The notes under the pieces are model-generated. The model did not search any database and had not been told where the DNA came from. It saw nothing but the letters and a program-made list of their open reading frames with translations. A DNA stretch of 64,000 nucleotides from an uncultured Chloroflexia bacterium (GTDB lineage Bacteria > Chloroflexota > Limnocylindria > Limnocylindrales > CSP1-4). The stretch covers positions 131,286 through 195,285 of the forward strand of contig CAVUWG010000001.1 of the NCBI GenBank assembly GCA_963745295.1, written 5' to 3'. The position numbers were made by a program, and so were the translations under genes. The first letter of the stretch is position 1; each line of letters starts with the position of its first letter. Positions 59,937 through 64,000 of this stretch are shown here, one piece after another.

Positions 59937-60992
59937 TCAGAAGATGGCTCGAACACCCCGGATCCGCTGCCCGACGAGCACGATCAGAAAGCTCCCGACG
60001 ACCGCGAACACGTACGCGGGGATGCGACCTGACACCAGCGCGGCGGGAGAACCCGTCACGAAGGTCCCGGCGTACCAGTACAGCAACATCTCATGGATCA
60101 GAAACACCCCGTACGTCGCGGCGGCTAAGGCGGCGACCCACTGCCCGACCGCGTCTGACCGATGCTGACGCGGCGTCTCCTGAGCGCACAGAGCGTAGAT
60201 CAGGAGGGACGTGACGATGACGAATACCGACCAGTAGCTTTGCGGATAGAGCTGCCACGATCCGTCTCCGGACCCGGCCAGCACGAACACCGCGAGGATC
60301 TGCCCGCCGATGATGACCAGGACGGTTGCGGCAAGGACCAGTGTCACCGTTCGTGTGAGGCGCAGCCCGATCAATGCCCGGCCGGCGATGTAGAAGCCGA
60401 GGAATGGCACCCAGTACGTCAGCCCGTTGACCCTCGTGCCCGCGTCCAGTGCGTAGGACGATGCCGTATCGAGCGCCGCGACTCCAAGCAAGGCGCCTGC
60501 TGCCACCGAAAGTTGCCGTCGCGATGCGCGCTCGGTGAACGGGCGCAACAGCGGTGTCACGAGATAGAGGCCGATGATCACGTACACGAAGTACAGCTGT
60601 GTGAACGGTCGACCCATGGCGAGATCGGTTGCGACGATCGTGGGCGTCAGATCCTGCTGGAGGTACGTCGCGCGGAACACGAGGTACGCACCGATCCAGA
60701 ACAGGGCCGGAACGCCGACACGGACGAGTCGCCGGCGGTAGAACGTCCCTGCCGTCTCGCCCGGTCTTGGCCCCAGGAGAAAGCCACCGGAGATCATCAC
60801 GAAGACCGGGACGGCCCATCGCGTCGCGGACTCGATGGCGTCCACCGCCCACCATCGCGGAGTCCCGACCGACAGGACGTCGAGCAGCGACCAGTTGTGG
60901 ATGGCGATCACAGCGAGGATCGCCCCGATGCGTGCCCCGTCGACATAGAACTGCCGAGTCGGTCGCTCCGGGGATGAAAGCTGGCTCGTCAC
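59937..60992 (-). CDS. acyltransferase family 3 membrane protein (sugar O-acyltransferase)
   Basis: ORF 59937..60992 is intact. It has the Acyl_transf_3 pattern (FYVDGARIGAILAVIAIHN...). Confidence 0.75.
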   Translation of the reverse strand: MTSQLSSPERPTRQFYVDGARIGAILAVIAIHNWSLLDVLSVGTPRWWAVDAIESATRWAVPVFVMISGGFLLGPRPGETAGTFYRRRLVRVGVPALFWIGAYLVFRATYLQQDLTPTIVATDLAMGRPFTQLYFVYVIIGLYLVTPLLRPFTERASRRQLSVAAGALLGVAALDTASSYALDAGTRVNGLTYWVPFLGFYIAGRALIGLRLTRTVTLVLAATVLVIIGGQILAVFVLAGSGDGSWQLYPQSYWSVFVIVTSLLIYALCAQETPRQHRSDAVGQWVAALAAATYGVFLIHEMLLYWYAGTFVTGSPAALVSGRIPAYVFAVVGSFLIVLVGQRIRGVRAIF

Positions 60993-61043
60993 CTGCTGCG
61001 ACTCAACGCATCCTGTGATCGCCGCCGCGCCAGCGAGTCCGCG

Positions 61044-62105
61044 TCAGGCGTCGGTGAGCGGAGGCAGGACGTCTGCGGCTCGCACGCCATCTCCCGCAGC
61101 GATCGCGCGCGCGGCGTGACGGCCACGCAGAGCCTCGAGGTGTCGTGGGTGCATGCCGGCGGGCCGCTGGCCAGGTCGGAGGACATCGATGTTCTCGGCC
61201 TCGACGAGGGCCTCGCCGGCCGCGATGTCACGTGTGGTCTGGATGCTGCGAACCGCGAATCGCCGCAGCTCTTCCTCGTGAGGCCCGACGCCTTTCTGTC
61301 CGTCGCCACGCGTGCGTTCCGCGACGCGGATCGCCTGGATCATCGCCCTGAGTCCATCGGGCTCGATCGCAAACGCGTGGTCCGGGCCGGGCAGCCGTTG
61401 GTCGAGCGTGAAGTGTTTCTCGATGACAGTCGCCCCGAGTGCGACAGCAGCGACCGGCCCGACGATCGGGTCACTGCTGTGGTCCGAAAAGCCCGCGGGC
61501 ACGCCGAACCGCTGCTGCAACCAGGGGATGACCGTCAGGTTCAGGCTTTCGGGCGGGGCAGGGTAGCTCGAGGTGCACTGCAGGAGCGTGATGTCGCCGG
61601 AGCCCGCCTCCCGGACGGTCTCCAAGCAGAACTCGATGTCGTCCTCGGTGGCGGCACCCGTCGAGATGACGAGCGGCTTGCCGGTCGCGGCGAGCCACTG
61701 GAGCAGGCGCACATGGTTGATCTCGTAGCTGGCGACCTTGTGGCGCCGCACGTGGGGATCGACAGCTTCCGCATCGGCGACCGAAAACGGCGTTGACATG
61801 AACTCGATGCCCACCTGCTCGCAGTAGGCGGCGATGTCGCCGATCATCTCGTACGGCATTTCGAGATCCACGAAGATGTCGTTGATCGAGCTCGGTAGCC
61901 CCGATTCGGCCAGGTACTCGGTGGATCCAGCGTCGGCGACGTACGTGGAGTCCGCCCGATACGTCTGGAACTTGACTGCGTCGGCTCCGGCCTCGAAAGC
62001 GACGTCGACGAGGGCGCGGGCCATCTGCCGGTCGCGATCCGGCGTGCCCATCCGCCAGTTGCTGCCGGCCTCGGCAATCACGAAGACATGCTGAACGTGG
62101 GTCAT
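61044..62105 (-). CDS. pseI: NeuB-family nonulosonic acid synthase, pseudaminic acid synthase-like
   Basis: ORF 61044..62105 has a NeuB TIM barrel (FVIAEAGSNW, AVKFQT, GFSDHS, VIEKHFTLD) and a C-terminal SAF domain. Pse specificity is inferred from the adjacent PseG and PseC homologues. Confidence 0.8.
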   Translation of the reverse strand: MTHVQHVFVIAEAGSNWRMGTPDRDRQMARALVDVAFEAGADAVKFQTYRADSTYVADAGSTEYLAESGLPSSINDIFVDLEMPYEMIGDIAAYCEQVGIEFMSTPFSVADAEAVDPHVRRHKVASYEINHVRLLQWLAATGKPLVISTGAATEDDIEFCLETVREAGSGDITLLQCTSSYPAPPESLNLTVIPWLQQRFGVPAGFSDHSSDPIVGPVAAVALGATVIEKHFTLDQRLPGPDHAFAIEPDGLRAMIQAIRVAERTRGDGQKGVGPHEEELRRFAVRSIQTTRDIAAGEALVEAENIDVLRPGQRPAGMHPRHLEALRGRHAARAIAAGDGVRAADVLPPLTDA

Positions 62106-63610
62106 GGTCCTGCAGGCAAGTCCGTTGCTGGCGTCGCGTCAGCCGATGCGACGGCATGGTACAGGAGGATGCCCGCTCGATCGCCCACGAGACGGAACCC
62201 CGATCGCTCGAACAGTCGGCGCGAGGCTTCATTGTCGACCCGGACTCGGGCCGTCAGTTCGCCGCGCGGGGACCGCGAGCGGAACAGCCGAACGGCACGC
62301 TCCAACAGGAGGCCGCCGATCGTGCCGCGCAGCTCTGGCGCGACGGTTATCGAGACCTCGGCCCCGGTCTCATGACGGTCGAACCTGACTTGGCCGACTG
62401 GTCCGGCTCCGTTCTCGCCGATCAAGAGCACCCGGGCTGGATCGCCAAGGGCACCCCGAAGCCAGCTCCTGTGGGCAGGCAAGGGAATCTCCGCCTGCTC
62501 CAGTGACGCGGCACGTGTGGCGGGGTCGTTCCTCCACCGCAGCAACAGGTCGGCGTCCGCCATCGTGGCGCGGCGGATCCGGACCCCGTCGATGTGGTTT
62601 GCCAACCGCTCGACGCCTCGGCCGTCGACGAGATCCCGTCCCCGATCGCTCATCGCTTGACGTGTCGCGGCGTCGTCCGCCAATCGCCGGATCAGATTCG
62701 CCAGTCCGGTGACGTCCATTCCATCCAGCGGGCCAGCGTCGATCGCCGCGCCCGCCCGGGCCAGCCGCCGCGTACTCGTGTCCTGGTTCCGGGCGACACG
62801 CACGATCACCGTGGGCACGCCGAGGGCGCATCGCTCCCACGAGGTCGTGCCACCGGCGCCCACGGCCATGTCGGCGCTTCGCATCAGCCGAGCCATCGCC
62901 TCGTCCCCGATCGCTCGGTGCACGTTGGTGCGCGGTCCCTGAACAGGGTCCCCGTGGTGGAGGGCTCCGAGGACGACCTCGATTCTCGCCGCCGGCAAGG
63001 CAAGCCGGATGGCGTCGACCGCTGTCCGGGTCGCCCCGACGGTATCGCTACCACCCATCGTCACGAGGACGTTCGTCACGTCCGGAGCCGCAGGTAGCCG
63101 GCCGGCGACGCGAAAGGCCGGCCGCAGGGGGACGAATCGAGTGCCGAGCAGCAGGCGGGTCGCTGGATCGGCCAAGCCCGCGTAGTCGTCGGGCATCACC
63201 CCGAGATTCGGATTCACGAGGAGTTCGGACGGGAGGGGACGGTCGGCCAGGTCATCGATCACCACGCGTCGCTTCGTGAGTCTGCGGGCCCTCCCCAGCC
63301 ACTCCGTGCCGAGCCCGTAGTGGTCGACCAGGACAGCCTCGAATGGCCGTCCGCGGCCTTCGCGGCCGACAAAACGGCTGATCTCGGCGACTTCCTCCGT
63401 TGCGGAGCCGTCGACCGGGATGACCGAGTGACGCGTGGCGTCAAGAGCATCGAGCAGGGGGATGGCCCCAGGTCGCACGGCGAACGAGAGCTCCATCCCT
63501 CGCCGTGCAAGCTCCGTCGCGAGTGCGACGCATCGCACGAGGTGGCCCGTTCCGATCGACTGCGATGCGTCAACTCGGAAGAGCACCCTGCGTGGCCGCG
63601 AAGTGCCCAT
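62102..63610 (-). CDS. pseG: PseG-like UDP-2,4-diacetamido-2,4,6-trideoxy-hexose hydrolase fused to a C-terminal GNAT acetyltransferase (PseH-like)
   Basis: ORF 62102..63610. The N-terminal ~340 aa are PseG-like (VLFRVDASQSIGTGHLVRCVALA...MGGSD). The C-terminal ~160 aa form a GNAT domain (IRRATMADADLLLRWRNDP...VAPELRGTIGG...NEASRRLFERSGF). Confidence 0.75.
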   Translation of the reverse strand: MGTSRPRRVLFRVDASQSIGTGHLVRCVALATELARRGMELSFAVRPGAIPLLDALDATRHSVIPVDGSATEEVAEISRFVGREGRGRPFEAVLVDHYGLGTEWLGRARRLTKRRVVIDDLADRPLPSELLVNPNLGVMPDDYAGLADPATRLLLGTRFVPLRPAFRVAGRLPAAPDVTNVLVTMGGSDTVGATRTAVDAIRLALPAARIEVVLGALHHGDPVQGPRTNVHRAIGDEAMARLMRSADMAVGAGGTTSWERCALGVPTVIVRVARNQDTSTRRLARAGAAIDAGPLDGMDVTGLANLIRRLADDAATRQAMSDRGRDLVDGRGVERLANHIDGVRIRRATMADADLLLRWRNDPATRAASLEQAEIPLPAHRSWLRGALGDPARVLLIGENGAGPVGQVRFDRHETGAEVSITVAPELRGTIGGLLLERAVRLFRSRSPRGELTARVRVDNEASRRLFERSGFRLVGDRAGILLYHAVASADATPATDLPAGP

Positions 63611-63617
63611 CGATGGG

Positions 63618-64000
63618 CTACTCGAGCAGGTCGCGCGCGAGGGTGGTCACCGTCTCGACCACGCGGGACACGTCCTGATCCGAGAGTCCAGGAAAGATCG
63701 GGAGCGAGATCGCGCGGGCGTAGAACTCCTCCGCCGCCGGACAAGCACCTGCCGGATACCCGAGGTCCTGGTAGTACGGGTGGAGATAGACCGGCAGGTA
63801 GTGCACCTGGACGCCGATCCCGCACTCTCGGAGCGCCTCGAAGAACCGCCGGCGGACCGATGCGGGAACACGGACGACGTACAGGTGCCAGGCCGACTCC
63901 ACATCATCGCGACGGACCGGCAGGTCCAGTCCCGGGACCGACGCGAGATCGCGGTCGTAGACATCTGCGATGGACCGACGTCGAGCCAGGAACTCGGGAA
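63618..64000 (-). CDS. pseC: DegT-family aminotransferase, PseC-like (5' end outside the window)
   Basis: The frame of ORF 63618..63902 stays open to the window edge (PEFLARRRSIADVYDRDLASVPGLDLPVRRDDVESAWHLYVVRV...GIGVQVHYLPVYLHPYY...LPIFPGLSDQDV). Confidence 0.75.
   Translation of the reverse strand, partial: PEFLARRRSIADVYDRDLASVPGLDLPVRRDDVESAWHLYVVRVPASVRRRFFEALRECGIGVQVHYLPVYLHPYYQDLGYPAGACPAAEEFYARAISLPIFPGLSDQDVSRVVETVTTLARDLLE

Noticed and set aside
51400-64000. Mobile-element boundaries (integrase, transposase, tRNA target, direct repeats) for the lower-GC glycan block.
   Set aside because: None were found inside the window. The GC shift is gradual around 51.6-51.9 kb, and the right boundary lies beyond 64000. 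I therefore make no genomic-island or mobile-element call.
1-64000. tRNA, rRNA and CRISPR arrays.
   Set aside because: No tRNA T-arm/acceptor-like sequence was found in any intergenic region. There are no rRNA-like stretches. There are no regularly spaced direct repeats.

Overview
The window is 64 kb of high-GC bacterial chromosome. Hand counts of 100-nt samples give about 71-74% GC in most of it. No rRNA, tRNA, CRISPR array or recognisable mobile-element gene was seen. Gene content and codon style fit a high-GC monoderm (Actinomycetota-like), but I cannot assign a taxon.

Positions 1-36 kb are housekeeping:
- a cobalamin riboswitch in front of a B12 uptake and nucleotide-loop assembly operon (BtuFCD-like ABC transporter, cobS, cobU, cobT, cobC)
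- an arginase-family enzyme, an aminotransferase, dps, surE and trpS
- hom-thrC-thrB, and aspartate kinase
- a tightly coupled birA / ECF sigma / anti-sigma-like / fused accD-accA / lysine-less BCCP paralog / accC block
- a second block of fabZ, a metallophosphoesterase, fabF, true accB, fabH and fabG

Positions 36-64 kb are a cell-envelope glycan region. They hold two LCP ligases, a WbaP-like initiating phosphotransferase, Wzy-like and O-antigen-ligase-like proteins, two large GT-C-like membrane proteins and a DUF2304/GT2 module. After about 51.8 kb the GC drops to about 61-66%, and this block carries a pseudaminic-acid-type pathway (pseC, a pseG-GNAT fusion, pseI) with a Wzx flippase, acyltransferases, a methyltransferase and further transferases.

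The most striking feature is the number of reading-frame breaks. I count at least 36 in the window, and at least 27 of them fall in the 15 kb between 36.0 and 51.4 kb. Either an ancestral glycan locus is decaying next to an intact, compositionally foreign one, or the consensus sequence is locally poor. Essential genes (hom, accD/accA) also carry single breaks, so sequence quality has to be checked before any biological reading. All coordinates of frame breaks are manual estimates, good to about +/-20 nt.
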